From Welwitschia mirabilis (taxonomy: Eukaryota): 63,993 nt of DNA. The notes under the pieces were generated by a model. That model saw nothing but the letters and a program-made list of their open reading frames with translations, did not search any database and was not told where the DNA came from. Numbering within the stretch: the stretch's first letter is position 1; the number at the start of each line of letters is the position of its first letter. Where the stretch lies: the NCBI GenBank assembly GCA_051453625.1, contig JBOZIK010000001.1:22447026-22511018 (forward strand), given 5' to 3'. A program made the translations under genes and the position numbers. Below are positions 1 to 13,660 of the stretch, piece by piece.

Positions 1-79
1 TATGAGCATAACATTTAGAATTGCAAATCTTGTTAATAAAATTAATTCATCAAGGTCATCTAGTAATTAATTGTGTTGA

Positions 80-470
80 AAGTATTCAAGTTTACAGTCA
101 TGTTATCAAATGATATTTTTATTTGACCATTTATATAATTAATAAGAGCATTAGATGTTATAAGGAAGGTATTCCTAAAATTGTTGGTATTGAATTATGT
201 TTCATTCTTTCCATTTCTAAGATAAAGAAGTCTAATAGGAAATAGCACGTATCTACATGAACTATCACAACTTCAAGATTTTCTCATGATGACTTCATAA
301 AGTTATTGATTAATTACAATTAGAATTTAGTATTTTTAAGATCATTTAAGCCAAGTTCCTTATATACATAATAGGGTAAAATATTAATGCTCTTTCCAAG
401 GTTTAGTAAGACTTGCTTAATATTTTTGTCTTTAATTGTAATGGCTATCATTGGAAAACCATGATTTTTT
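80..470 (-). pseudogene. Aspartic protease remnant of element C
   Basis: Translates KQVLLNLGKSINILPYYVYKELGLND ... KISFDNMTVNLNTF, matching Athila ALLDLGASVNxLP ... KISFGNMTxxLNxF. Confidence 0.85.
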
Positions 471-1539
471 ACTTAGATAAAAATTAGTTTTAAATGATCC
501 CACTAGTCTATTAGGCTAGCATTGCTTTACTTTTTACATTCATGAATCTATTTTCTATGCATATATCCTTAAGGAATTTTGAATATGAAGGTACATATAT
601 TCTAAAAGATGCATGTTAATTTTAACTTTCTTAAAAATTTTTAAGGCTCTAGTTGTTGTTTTTCTATTTTCTCCTTCTTAAGTTATTATAAAAATGATAA
701 AGGCTCTTAGTAGATAGGCAGAGGTTTTTCCAAGTCCTTTACTATTTCTTTACTCAATGCTAGTGAAAAGTGTAAAGGTTCTTTGTACGAAGTTATAAAT
801 GACTTTGTGTTCTTTACCTTTTCCTTCTCTTTGTCTCCTATGGGAGTTGAATTTTTCATTTTTTGTATTTAGCTTGGATTTATTTTTCAATTATTTTCTA
901 TTCCTAAAATAAATGAACTTAGTCTCTTCTATGTGTATGGGATCTAATCCTTCTCTGAAGCTAACATTTTAAGGTTTGGCTATGAGTTTGTGAGCATTTT
1001 GTTTTGTTCCCTTTGGTTTAGATAAAAGAGGATGTGGGTTTCAGTTTGTTGAAGTTATTAAAGAACTTAAGTGAGGGTTTGAGTTATTTAGTTAAGGTTG
1101 TTTGACAAGGAGACATGTTTCTTAAGATTTTATTCATGATTAAAATTGAGTTGAGTTGGGTTTTCATGATTTTTTTTTTTTTTTTTTAAATGATTCCTCT
1201 AAAAGGGTAGATGAAGATGGGTTTTAACTAGTTTAATGAAAGGGGATAGGAGGATGATGAGAGAAATGAATTTATTAATTAGTTTTTTTGATTTTAAATA
1301 TATGAGTTATTTTGATTTCAAGAAAAGTTGTGGTGATTCCTTCACCCAAGGTTGTATGTATTGGCCTAGAGGTCATTATTTTGGTTTTGCCCTTTGTGTT
1401 TTACTGTGTTAACTTATTCATTTACAATGTGTTAAAATAAGGAAATGGATAGATACTTGACTAACTAATACATATCTATGTGGCAAATTAGGCATTTAGC
1501 TTTGATAGGTAACACTATAAGTGAGGTCATCAGAGACCC

Positions 1540-2300
1540 TATTTATCTCACTAATTCCTCTACCCTATTATTGACTTTGAAGTTATTAGGTTTTTTAAAC
1601 ACACTTGTGGATCTAATAAAATAATGGGATTTAGATGTTTTACTTGGCGTTTCCCAATTTTTAGAACTCTCGACTATGGTTTTGAGGTATCCCCAAGCTT
1701 CATCTAATGACATACTAAGGAAACTTCTAATACTCATAATCTCAAATAATTATCTATTGTTTGTGGATAACCAATTGCAAAATAAGCTAATTTCCTTCCT
1801 TGGATCAAATCCATGCTATGAGAGCTTTTGCAGCAAATTCTTAAATGTTTTTAGGGCTTGGAAGAAGGTCTCATCTTTTTGCCAATAGTTCATTACCTCT
1901 CACCTTAAAGAATTTGTTTTATGATTTGGAAAGAACTTTGAAATAAAGGCTTTATTAAGGTTATTTCATGTTGTAATTGATTGAGGTTTAAGGGTATAAA
2001 GCCAATACTAACCTTTTTTCTTTATGATGAATAGGAAAAGGGTGAGTCTAATAATTCTAAGCCATGGAAGTGGGATAATAATTAAATTATCGAGGGTTTA
2101 AAATATAATTGGGCTGCTATCACGGGTTGAACTATGCATGAGGGTTTTCTTAAGCATTAAGGTTGCAAATAATTGGAAGGATTTACTTAGGATGGTTGTT
2201 CTTTTAATTCTAGCTTTGACTAGTATTTTGATCTGCTCATTGGTTAAGCTAGTAAGTTTTTGGGTTGTCTATCAGTTCTTGAGGTATTAAAGATATGTTA
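1540..2300 (-). pseudogene. gag: Retrotransposon gag remnant of element C
   Basis: WLYTLKPQSITT*NNLNKAFISKFFPNHKT and ORF 1543-1737; many stops. Confidence 0.85.
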
Positions 2301-3217
2301 TTATGGAGATTTATAGGACTAGATTGAGCATTTGGGTTTTACTTAGAGGTGGAATCTTGTTCTCTTTAGATCTCATCATGGATTTGGTTTTCATGTGGTA
2401 TTCTTTGTTCTTTATTACCTTTATTATGGGGGTCCATATTATTGAAGAGTTTTTAATCAATCTAGCTAACTCATCTCAGATCTAAGACATGCAAGATTTA
2501 GATCACTTTTAGACCTGTTATAGATTGAGCCCAAATGATAGAAAGGGTTAATATTTTAAACAGGGATCTAAGGAAAGTCTCAAAGGCTTTTGTTTAGAAA
2601 AGCTAGTAATGCAAGTAAGGGAAGGTAGAGGCACAAGTTAAGATGGAAGTTACATTTCAGAAAAGTCTTAGGGGTTAGTAGAATTCTCATAGAGTGTTTG
2701 ACATAACATGATTGCATAAAAACATAATAGAAATTAAAATGGTAGCACACTCGAAACTAATCAAAAGAAAATAAAATCCTAATAATTTTTTCATTTTAGC
2801 ATTTCATAATAAAATAAGCAGTGAAATAGAAACTACACTATTGAATTAACTTTACAAAAAATAAAAGAAAGCACACAAAGAAATGAGTTAAGCTTTTAGT
2901 TTTTTCCCCATTCTACCCTTGGTTGCATCCTGTAAAAATTTTATCTACAACAAAAATTTTCATAGGTTAAATAAGAGTAGAAAAACTAAGAAAAAAATCA
3001 AAACTAGACTAGTTTAGGTATCATTGAAAATGACTAGTACCAACCACTAGAAAGAAAAAGAAAAGAAATAAGAAAACAAAAGGAAAAAAAAAAGGACTAG
3101 TTTGGGTATCACTAGAGCAGGCCAATACCAACCACTAGAAATACTTAAAATAAAACTAAGTAAAAAGCTTGCAAGAAAGTAAAACTTATGCTTCTTATAA
3201 AGACCTATATGCCATTA

Positions 3218-3235
3218 TCCCCAATAATAATGCCA
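3218..3235 (-). promoter_or_regulatory. Primer-binding site (tRNA-Asp type, decayed) of element C
   Basis: Minus strand TGGCATTATTATTGGGGA versus Athila consensus TGGCGCCGTTGCCGGGGA; differences are C>T/G>A only. Confidence 0.8.
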
Positions 3236-3241
3236 GAAATC

Positions 3242-4468
3242 TATTTATGTTAATATAATGAACTAGATTTAAACTATATGAATACCTAGTATTGTTCTCT
3301 TCACATGGATAATTGAGGTGGCTTATAGAAATTACATAAGTCTTACTTATCTTGTAAGTACAATTAAAGAAAGATAAAAGTAGAGAATCAAGAGATTGCT
3401 AAAACTTCATCTAGAAAGGCATGGAAGTAAGAAATCTCTAAGGTTAAGCTCAACTTATCCATCATTGATTCTTCACTTTAATGATATTCTACAATTTCTT
3501 GAAACATACTTAAATTATCAAGTCATGATGNNNNNNNNNNNNNNNNNNNNNNNNNNNNNNNNNNNNNNNNNNNNNNNNNNNNNNNNNNNNNNNNNNNNNN
3601 NNNNNNNNNNNNNNNNNNNNNNNNNNNNNNNNNNNNNNNNNNNNNNNNNNNNNNNNNNNNATAACTAAATGACTTAAAAAACTCACTTAATTAACAAAAC
3701 AACTTGATTATGTAGGTTCATTAAGAATTACAAGTATGAAACCATTTATAACTTAAAATCAAAATAAACATCTACTTTGTATTAAATTAGAAAAGATACA
3801 TTATATCAAAGGAAGAAGAAGAAAGTTGGTAAGGACTTCTTATGTTATTATTAAAGCAAGATCACTCCTAAAGAAAGTGTTTAGAAGGCCATGTCAGCTT
3901 GACACTCTAAGGGTAATACTAATTTACTAAAACAAAGGAAGTTGTAAATGAGGGCTCAAGGCTCTTTTATAGGTGAGTATAGGGTAGGGGATGGTTACAA
4001 GTCTTTGGCTTATAATGTTATGTGAGCGGTTACCAAATATGTTATGTAGCATTAGGTAGGGTCTTTGTCATCTTGTATTAGATATATGATAAGTCCAACA
4101 CTTGGCTTTTGGATACTATTACTTTTGTGAACTAATGATGCTAGGCATGTCTCTCCATTATCATCCTATTTAACACTGCCATATTTCATTACTACACTTC
4201 ATCATCATCATCACCACGTGTCATTTATGATGCTAGTTATTTATAAGATGAAATTTGATTAAGTCCATAACTGCATTTGGTTGAATTTTTCATAACAAGT
4301 TCAAAGTGTGAGATATGAATTATTTTGCACAAAAGGACTAACAAAATTGGTGATCCAGAAAGTAACATTGATGTTAAGAAGATAATTATGATAAAAATGT
4401 CATGGAAAAATGATAAGTCTATGATTATTATAAAAAAGCAATAAAAGATATGTTTTTATGACAAATCA
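3242..4468 (-). repeat. 5' LTR of element C (contains a gap)
   Basis: Adjacent to the PBS, ends in ...CAAATCA on +, TATA-like ttttata at ~3965, shares blocks with 41952-43248 and 51097-52420. Confidence 0.75.
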
Positions 4469-4469
4469 C

Positions 4470-5916
4470 CTATATTAATATCTATTATTAAGAAAAATTA
4501 ATCCAATAGCTTAATTAAACTGTAACTTTTTGCATTTTAACAATTAGTCATAAGCTTGATAAAATCATGAGACATAGGATCTATGATAGAGCTACAAATA
4601 ATATCATAAATATAAATTTGAAAAAGTAAAAGATTAAATTTGAATTTTTTGATAAATAAAGCTTTATCAATGTTTCCTGTAATAAAATCATGCTCCACAN
4701 NNNNNNNNNNNNNNNNNNNNNNNNNNNNNNNNNNNNNNNNNNNNNNNNNNNNNNNNNNNNNNNNNNNNNNNNNNNNNNNNNNNNNNNNNNNNNNNNNNNN
4801 NNNNNNNNNNNNNNNNNNNNNNNNNNNNNNNNNNNNNNNNNNNNNNNNNNNNNNNNNNNNNNNNNNNNNNNNNNNNNNNNNNNNNNNNNNNNNNNNNNNN
4901 NNNNNNNNNNNNNNNNNNNNNNNNNNNNNNNNNNNNNNNNNNNNNNNNNNNNNNNNNNNNNNNNNNNNNNNNNNNNNNNNNNNNNNNNNNNNNNNNNNNN
5001 NNNNNNNNNNNNNNNNNNNNNNNNNNNNNNNNNNNNNNNNNNNNNNNNNNNNNNNNNNNNNNNNNNNNNNNNNNNNNNNNNNNNNNNNNNNNNNNNNNNN
5101 NNNNNNNNNNNNNNNNNNNNNNNNNNNNNNNNNNNNNNNNNNNNNNNNNNNNNNNNNNNNNNNNNNNNNNNNNNNNNNNNNNNNNNNNNNNNNNNNNNNN
5201 NNNNNNNNNNNNNNNNNNNNNNNNNNNNNNNNNNNNNNNNNNNNNNNNNNNNNNNNNNNNNNNNNNNNNNNNNNNNNNNNNNNNNNNNNNNNNNNNNNNN
5301 NNNNNNNNNNNNNNNNNNNNNNNNNNNNNNNNNNNNNNNNNNNNNNNNNNNNNNNNNNNNNNNNNNNNNNNNNNNNNNNNNNNNNNNNNNNNNNNNNNNN
5401 NNNNNNNNNNNNNNNNNNNNNNNNNNNNNNNNNNNNNNNNNNNNNNNNNNNNNNNNNNNNNNNNNNNNNNNNAATAGACTTTAATATAGTTAAAGACATA
5501 AATGTTTCATTAAAGTCAGTATCTTCTATGAGGTCCATTAGGTACCCTAGAGGTGGGGAGAAGGAGGGGAAGATGAATAGGATGTTTATAAAAATTATTT
5601 ACAAATCTAATTAAATTAGCTAGTTTAAAACTTAAATTGAAAAATTACTTAAGCACACAAATTTGCAATAGTAAAGGACATACAAAAGTAAGAAAACGAT
5701 AGTGTGCACTATATTTATAATGGNNNNNNNNNNNNNNNNNNNNNNNNNNNNNNNNNNNNNNNNNNNNNNNNNNNNNNNNNNNNNNNNNNNNNNNNNNNNN
5801 NNNNNNNNNNNNNNNNNNNNNNNTGTAAAGTTGACATAACATGAACGTACACGAAATATCTAAATAGATTTTAATATAGTGACAGACATAAATGTTTCAT
5901 TAAAGTCAGTATCTTC
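4470..5916 (-). pseudogene. Copia reverse transcriptase, downstream part (element B; mostly gap)
   Basis: EDTDFNETFMSVTILKSI (=EGIDFDETFAPVARLESI) and GNIDKALFIKK...LLFQIYIYDII (decayed QIYVDDII). Confidence 0.85.
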
Positions 5917-7016
5917 TATGAGGTCCATTAGGCACCCTAGAGGTGAGGAGAAGGAGGGGAAGATGAATAGGATGTTTATAAAAATTATTTAAAAATCTAA
6001 TTAAATTAGCTAGTTTAAAACTTAAATTGAAAAATTACCTAAGCACACAAATTTGCAATAGTAAAGGAAATAAAAAAAGTAAGAAAACGATAGTGTGCAC
6101 TATATTTATAATGATTTAGCAATTATTACCTACTCCACTCTTAGGGAAAAGCAATGTGCTTTTAGCCTCTTAGTTCTCTTAGAGCACCCCTTATCAGAGG
6201 TAGCTTACAACACCCTTTACCAAGAGTTAGAGTTAATATCCTTTACCTATGATCAAAAGCTTACTCTAATGAGCAACTACAAGATTTGAATCAAAGAGAA
6301 TCTGATGGTATAATTAACTTCAACATAGTATATTAGCAAATAGAAGCAATATCTTCACATGCAGTAGATATCTTAGTGTAGTTCAAATCAAAAGATTACA
6401 TCATAGTTTAGCTCATGGATTAGCTCAAGGTCCTGTGATTATAATAGTGATTATTTAGTCTTTTATACAAAATGTTATAAAAAGTAGCTTTTAGAGCTTC
6501 AAAATTGAAATCCTAGTCATTTTACGAATAACCCTGATCATTGGATTTTAAAAAATCATTTTCTAATAGCCACAATGGTTACTTTTTGCTCTAACTTTCA
6601 CTTTCCTAGATGTTCCTTTCTTTAGTTCTAGACATCCCGATTGTATATTTAATCCCTATCAAAACTGTGAGGTATTTTGGATGTCTCAATGTAAGATCCA
6701 AATGTCTTCATAATAAAGGTCAAGTATAGGAGTGGACATCCTGTCACAAAAATCTAGATGTTCCCATATCATTCTTCTGCAAAGAGGGTTAGATGTCTTG
6801 GTAAACTTCCCAAACATCCCCATATATTCTACCATGCAAAGGGCTAGATGTTCTAATCACTAAACTCAGACGTCCTCACACAAATCACCATGTATAAGTT
6901 TGGACACCCCAGAATGAGTCTTAAATGTCCACATTGACACAACATTAGATTTTCTGAATTTTGACTCAACTTCGTAGATGGTAAGAGAACTTTAAACATA
7001 CATGTATTCTTTCACA
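5917..7016 (-). repeat. 3' LTR of element A
   Basis: Colinear with 13675-14771; begins TG immediately after PPT AAAAGGGGAAGAT on the minus strand. Confidence 0.9.
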
Positions 7017-7359
7017 ATCTTCCCCTTTTCAATGATGATAACTCTATTAAGGAATTTAAATATGAAGAGGCTAATTCCTCCCCCTAAATTTGTACACTTA
7101 AATTGACCTATAACCTACATTATTTACTCAATAAAAATAGTTTTTGCATACGGTTTAGTATAGTAGCATTTGATAATATTTTTTGAAGGAAAATTAACAA
7201 AATGTAAGCAATATTCGATATGCCAAAGATGGTTTAACCCATGTTTATGATATTCCGATGAAAGCATAAATACACTTAATAAAATTTAGTATTAGAGAAG
7301 TAAATTATTTAAGTTCACAATATGAATGTCTAAAACTAAATATCTTCTTCCCCTTTTTT
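7017..7359 (-). promoter_or_regulatory. Multiple polypurine tracts of element A (7017-7029, ~7078-7086, ~7347-7359)
   Basis: Minus strand AAAAGGGGAAGAT, TAGGGGGAG and AAAAAAGGGGAAG; multiple PPTs are a known Sirevirus trait. Confidence 0.8.
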
Positions 7360-7519
7360 ATTATTGAAAAATAAAAATATAATACGATGGAAGAGTAATT
7401 CAGACAGAATAAAGCAGATTGTATTACTATTAAAAATTTTACATAAGATAAGCATTTTAAAAGTACAATAGGAGTAATACAACATGTTAAGCATGAAGTA
7501 TAAAAAGTGAGCATGAGAA

Positions 7520-8590
7520 AAGAGGATATCTAAGAGGAAGAGTCAACATGCTCAGATTCTTCAGCCTATTCTACTTCTTCTTCTGAACCTAGAATAATTT
7601 CAAATCCATAGGTAGAGAGGTTAAAAATAATTCTATCTAGTTGCTTGTGTAATTTTTCTACTATCCTTTGGGCTTGAGGAGGTATCTCTTTTACATCCAA
7701 AATGGCCTCCATTAGATCTTCATTGCTTACTTGATTTGTGCTTATGCATTTTTTTGTTCTTAGTTTCTTCTTCGGCTAAGGAGCTAGACCAATGATATCA
7801 AAATATATATTCATATTTTTTAGATAATACAAGCTAAAGTTTTTTAAAACCTTTATCAATTCTTCATTCTTTTAAATATAAAATTAATGGTTTTTGAAAA
7901 TAATAGTAGACTGTCAAATGGTAAACCACTATACCTAGCATTGATAAACTGGCTCATATAAAATATTGTAAATTTGTATAAATTAATCTAAACACTCATG
8001 TCAAGATAAAACAAAATATATGTACACATTAGAGATACTTCACCTTTATGACAAATTTATAGAAATCTAGAAAAAAACTCTATAAGTATGTTTCAATTTA
8101 TTTGTGGGTATGCTGGCTCTCTAGTAAATATTGGACCCATAAAGTTTATTAGTTAAAACATCTAATGCCACTGCTTCCTTCAACGAATTGATGGAAGTAA
8201 TTTCTATAAATAAATCTTCATTTGGATAGGCACTTACTAATGAAATAGATTCCAAGTCTACATTTGCCCATCTTTCTTACACTTTTTTTTGTAATAATCC
8301 AATTTGTAAAATGAAAATAAGCATTACAATAGAAATGATATCTCATTCTTGTAGATACTTAAATGTCAGGATATAATGCATATAACTAGACCTACTCTTC
8401 AAACTTGTGTAGGATTCTAACCTCATGTCTGAAGGATTCGTAATCAATTTTTCTTTATGGCACAAGAGGTATTTTGTTAAAATCACTATACTAAGATTTT
8501 CTATGTTCTTGAGATAGAAACCACTCTTGCTTAAATTATGGCTCTTTTCATTTTTTAGAAATTTCAATCTTACTTCTAATCATGATGACT
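7520..8590 (-). pseudogene. env-like ORF remnant of element A
   Basis: Lies between RNase H and PPT; remnants RKIDYESF...HKFEE...HFYCNA and INLYKFTIFYM...GLPFDSLL resemble Sirevirus env-like motifs. Boundaries approximate. Confidence 0.65.
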
Positions 8591-8984
8591 TAAGATGGAG
8601 TTCAAAGAAAGTTAGAGGACCTCAGAGAAGGAAGTCAAGTAAAAGAAATAAGGAAAAAATGAAAATAATTAAATTTAAGCTTGAGGATAGCATGGACATC
8701 CTACTAGGGTTATGTCTGCATTAAAGCATGGACATCTGTTTTTTGATGGATAAATGTCCTAGTTATAATGAAGATAATATTACTAAGTTGAAGATCAAAC
8801 ATTCTAGGGAAAAGGATAGGATGTCAAGGTTGTAATCAGATTTGAGACATTTGAACTTGAAGTTGGGACATCTAAGTGAAGAAGAATTAACAAGTTAAAG
8901 AGAAAACTCAAAAAATAATTTTATTACTTTAATGGTAGATTTAACATAGTTAAGATCATAAAGAATTAAATCAAAAATCATTAA

Positions 8985-10640
8985 TAGGAGGGACAAGACT
9001 CTATATCTAAATCCATTCTAAGATAGGTAGATCTTTTTTTAGTTAGATCTTTAGTTAGTACATCAGCTATTTGATCCCGAGTTGGCACATGTTCTAGTAG
9101 CATTATGTTATTTTAAACTTGCTCTCTAATGAAGTAATGTTTAATATCAATGTGCTTCATTCTAGAGTGTTGAACTAGATTCTTGATGATGTTTATAATA
9201 CTTGTATTATCATAAAATAGATTTATCAAATCTATTTTATGCGAAAGTTTATAAGAATTTATTTTATCTATAAAAGTTAGGCATAATAGGTTCCTGAAGC
9301 AATGTACTTGGCTTTGGCTGGTAACAATGATGTTGTATTTTTCTTTCTACTAATCAAGAAACTAGGTAGTTTTTGATGTAAAAATGAGCACTTATACTCT
9401 TTTCATCATCAACACATCTATCTCAATTGGTGTTACTATATCCTACTAAATCAATAGTGCTATCATATAGATACAAAACACTAAAATGTTGAGTGTTTTT
9501 CAAATATCTCAATATNNNNNNNNNNNNNNNNNNNNNNNNNNNNNNNNNNNNNNNNNNNNNNNNNNNNNNNNNNNNNNNNNNNNNNNNNNNNNNNNNNNNN
9601 NNNNNNNNNNNNNNNATATCCTTTTGACACAAAATAAATGAGATTACATTAGATCTAATTGATATCTTACAAAAATTCCTACACTATGTGCTATATCTAG
9701 TCTACTAGCTGTTATCCAATAAAATTTCAATTATTCCTCTAAACAACTTTTGATTTATCTTCTTTCTAGTTTTATCTTTACTAATTTTCACCTTTGTGAA
9801 AAGAGGAGTTATTACATCTTTAGTACTTATCATGTCATATTTTTTAGAGCATCTTATATATACTTGTTTCGACTAATAAATATTTCATCATCTCTCTATT
9901 TAATTTGTAGCCTTAAGAAAAAGTTTAGCTCACTTACCATGCTCATTTCAAATTCTTCTTACATTGTTTTGGAAAATGTTTTAGTAAGATAAGTTTTGAT
10001 AAAATAAAAGTCTATGTCATCAACATAGATTTTTGATAACAATATCTCATTTTCTTTATGTTTTATTAATAAGGTTGAATCAGCATTCCCCTTCTTAAGA
10101 CCATTTGATAAAAAAAAAGAAGTTAACCTTTTAAATCAAGGTTTAGGATCTTGCTTCAATCAATCCATATAATTTCTTATTTAATTTAAATACATGATTT
10201 GGAAAATTGATCTATAAATCTAGACAGTTGAGCTACATAGGCCTTTTCATTAATATAACCATTCAAAAAGGAACTCTTAATATCCATCTAAAAAAGTTTA
10301 ATCTTATGATAGCATGCAAACATAAGAAGCATTCAAATGACTTATTGCATAGTAATAGGAACAAGCATTTCTTCATAATCTATTCCCTTTTGTTATCTAT
10401 GCCCTTGAGTAACTAGATGATCTTTGTTTTAGATGATGTTATGGTTCTCATCTCTTTTATTTTTGAATACCCATTTAGTTCTAATAATATGTTTACCTTT
10501 GGGAAGAGGAACTAAATTCTACAATTCGTTTCTTTTGGATCGGTTTAATTATTGTTGCATCACTACCATCTAATTATCATTCTTTTTAGCCTCTTGGAAA
10601 GTTTTGGGTTCTAGATAGAATAAAAAATAAAGAAGACTAT
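8985..10640 (-). pseudogene. RT and RNase H remnant of element A
   Basis: [31 protein letters not shown]...DQIADVLTK (Ty1 RNase HI); FEMSMVSELNFFL; NRSKRNEL*NLVPLP. Confidence 0.93.
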
Positions 10641-10859
10641 GGTTAATTCTCTTTCCACTCCTAGTGATTATTGCTTGATCAAGGTACTCATAATGATTAC
10701 TTGGGAGTAATCTATCTTAGTTCTTTAAGAAAGGATCTAACATGAGTTGGTTCTTTCTTTTCTTAACTAATGCCTTAGGTGGAAGATTAATCTATGTGAG
10801 TAGATGGTTTAGGAAAGATATCTATATGATTAGAAGTATCTAAGAAAGTAAGATCACTA

Positions 10860-12140
10860 GAGTCATTAATTTTAACATGGGCATATTCATCTACTTAACC
10901 CATAAATTTCTTCAAAACCTTGTGAGCTTTACTTACTAATGAGTATCTTAAAAATATCCCATGATTAGATTTCAATTAAAATTTACACATTGAATAGTTA
11001 TCCTTTAAAATGACACATTTACTTCCAAAGATCTTGAAATAGATTACATTAGGTTTCTTTTCATATAAAAGCTCATAAGTAGTTTTTTAAGTACCTAATT
11101 TGAGAAAAACACTTTTTGAAACATAACAAGCTATGTTTACTATTTTTGCCTATAGATGATGAGGAAGAGAGTATTCATTAATCATAGTTCTAGCCATTTT
11201 AATTAACACTCAATTCTTTCTTTTAGCTCCACTATTTTATTGAGGTGTATAAGAAGTTAAATATTAATGGGATATACCATTGGCACTACACACATCATCA
11301 AATTTTACATTGATAAATTATCCTCCTCTATAAGATCTTGTGGTTTTCATGGGTTTTTCATGCTCTCTTTGAATTTTCTTTCCACTTCTTTAGAACATCT
11401 TAAAATATTCATATGTATGGGTTAAGAATCATACCCAATAAAATCTTGAAAAGTCATTTGCCATTACTAAAAAAAATATTTTCTTTCTCTAATGCTTCTA
11501 ATTCAAATTGGACCTACCAAGCCTATGTGAATTAACTCTAGAGCTTTAGTGGTAAACATGTCTCTTTTCTTTAAAAACTTAATTTCATCAATTTCCATTT
11601 TAGGGAAGATTCACAAACTTTGGCGTGGTCTACATTAAGCTTTGGAACACCTCTTGCAATTTCTTTAGAGAAAATTATCTTTAAACCCTTTACGTTCATA
11701 TGTCCTAGTCTTGGATGCCAAAGATTAACTTCATTTGTTAAGGCTAGATCACATTCTTTGGTTAACTTCTTATTTATTCCAAGAACATAGATGCACTTAG
11801 ACCTATGACTAGTGAGAATTTCTTGGTTTATAATACTGTTGCAAATGACACATTTATCTTTGTAGAAAGAGATGATATTACCTCTATTATAGATTTGAGG
11901 AATGCTCATCAAGTTATGATTTAGACCTTCTACCACATAAATATTATTTATTATTAAATGAAATTTAGTTGCTACTATGAATTCCTTTCCAAATATATGG
12001 CCTTTAGTATTGTCTCTAAATGTGATTTCACTACCATCATAATCTTAAAAGGAAATCAATAGACTCTTGTTTCCCGTCATGTGTCTAGAAGATCTGCTCT
12101 CTAAGTACTATTTTATCAGCCATCTAAGTACTATTTTATT
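10860..12140 (-). pseudogene. Protease, GAG-pre-integrase and integrase remnant of element A
   Basis: *YLESRSSRHMTG at ~12075-12110; ORF 11571-11936 VEGLNHNLMSI...LWHPRLGHMN; LELIHIGL.GP; integrase core to ~10900. Confidence 0.92.
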
Positions 12141-12699
12141 TTTTCTTATGCTTTAAAAATAGCATGAGTAAATGTAGATGTAGTATGACATTTTTAATGC
12201 ATTTCTTAGTGATTTGCCTTTTAGAAAGATTTTATGCCCATGGCTATTACAATAAAATCATCATAGGATCGATCTTTAAAAGGATTAATATTGAATACTA
12301 TGTCCAAAAGAGTAAAAGGTAAGAGTTTTACTAAAAGTACTATCTAATCTAGATTTATTAAAAGGGGATTTCCTATACTTAATAATTTATTTAAATTATT
12401 CTTACCTTGAGTTAATTAATTGGCTATAAATCTAACATCTTCTAGTTATTTAGATAGATGCTCAATTTTCAAATTGGCATTTTTCAAATGAAGTTTGAGT
12501 TTCTATATCGATTTTTTATACCAAAAATTTTCATGTCCTAAATCTAAACTAAGCATATACAAATTTTTATAAACTTAAAATAATTCATCATGATCAAAAT
12601 CTAAATTATCGCATTCTTCAAAAGCATTTTTTGATCATTAATAGAATTATATCAGATAGGGGTACTTACTGCTTTAGAAACTGTAAGAAGCCTAAAGTT

Positions 12700-13611
12700 G
12701 CAACCATCTTCTTCATGACTTGAACTAATTCTTTTATCATCAGATTCATGCCATATTACTTGAAGTATTTTCTTTCTTTTAGCTTTGAACTTATTCTCCT
12801 TTTTTCCATTAGTACAATCTAAAGCAACATGTCTAAATCCTTTACATTCATAACATTGAATTCAACTAGAAGAATTCTTATCTTTGTCACATTCCTCTTT
12901 AAAATATCTTTTGGAATATTAACCTTCCTTCTTCTTTTGTAAGAATTATTTGAAGTTCTTTGTTAGAAATGCCAAGTCTTTGTCCATATCATCTTTAGTT
13001 GAATCATTAGTCTCTTTACAAGTCTTAAGAGTAATACTATTTCTTTTACATGGATCTTCTTATGGTAAGAGTGTTACCTCATATGCCATTAAGGATTCTT
13101 TGAGTTTTTCTACCTTAATTTTTTCTATGTTCTTGCTTTCTTCAATGGCTATTACTTTTAGCTTGAAATTCATAGTGAGACTTATTAGGATGTTGTAAAC
13201 TACTCTATGTTCTGGAACTTTCTTCTCCAAGCCTTACATGTTATTTATAATATTACTTACTTTTATGTTGTAACATATAACTATTTTAGATTCCTCCATT
13301 CTGATGTTCTCAAACCTAGTCATGAGAAGTTGAAGTTTAGAGCTCTTCATGGCACAGATTATTGCGTTTATGGCCCTTGCATTATTTGGAAGTTTCTTTG
13401 TGTTATCATTGTTCCACTTGTTTCTAGGTTTTATAGATATAATCCCATTTATGTCAACTTAATTTGGAGAAGCATATCCTTGCTCGACCATGTCCCATAT
13501 TTCTAGATGATCAGATCTTAAAAATATTCTCATCTTGGACTTCTAGTAAGGATAGTTATTACCATTGAAGAATGGAGGTATTGATCCTTTGGATAACTTG
13601 TGGATGCCATA
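12700..13611 (-). pseudogene. gag: Copia gag remnant of element A with zinc knuckle
   Basis: PPFFNGNNYPY*KSKM at the start; IQCYECKGFRHVALDC (CX2CX4HX4C) at ~12812-12862. Confidence 0.9.
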
Positions 13612-13660
13612 AAACTTAAACCTAAAATAAGACTAAAAGAGTACAGATCTAGAACAGCAG

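Larger units (their letters stand above)
1..4468 (-). mobile_element. Element C: 5' half of a decayed Athila-type Ty3/gypsy LTR retrotransposon (5' LTR, PBS, gag, protease), running off the window start
   Basis: Minus-strand gag remnants (YWLYTLKPQSITT*NNLNKAFISKFFP; FLSMSLDEAWGYL), protease remnant (KQVLLNLGKSINILPY), tRNA-Asp-type PBS at 3218-3235, and an LTR starting TGATTTG at 4468 that resembles the element E LTRs. Confidence 0.9.

Noticed and set aside
4537..5614. Long ORFs in the track (also near 26.0, 32.5, 37.0, 54.6, 57.3 and 62.5 kb)
   Set aside because: They are runs of X across N gaps, not genes.
12101..12139. 16-bp direct repeat ctaagtactattttat at the element A protease start
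   Set aside because: Simple local slippage duplication in a dead element.
12950..13506. Hydrophobic plus-strand ORFs (also 9750-9992, 48115-48624, 58556-59038)
   Set aside because: Antisense shadows of gag/pol or T-rich UTR sequence; no independent coding evidence.
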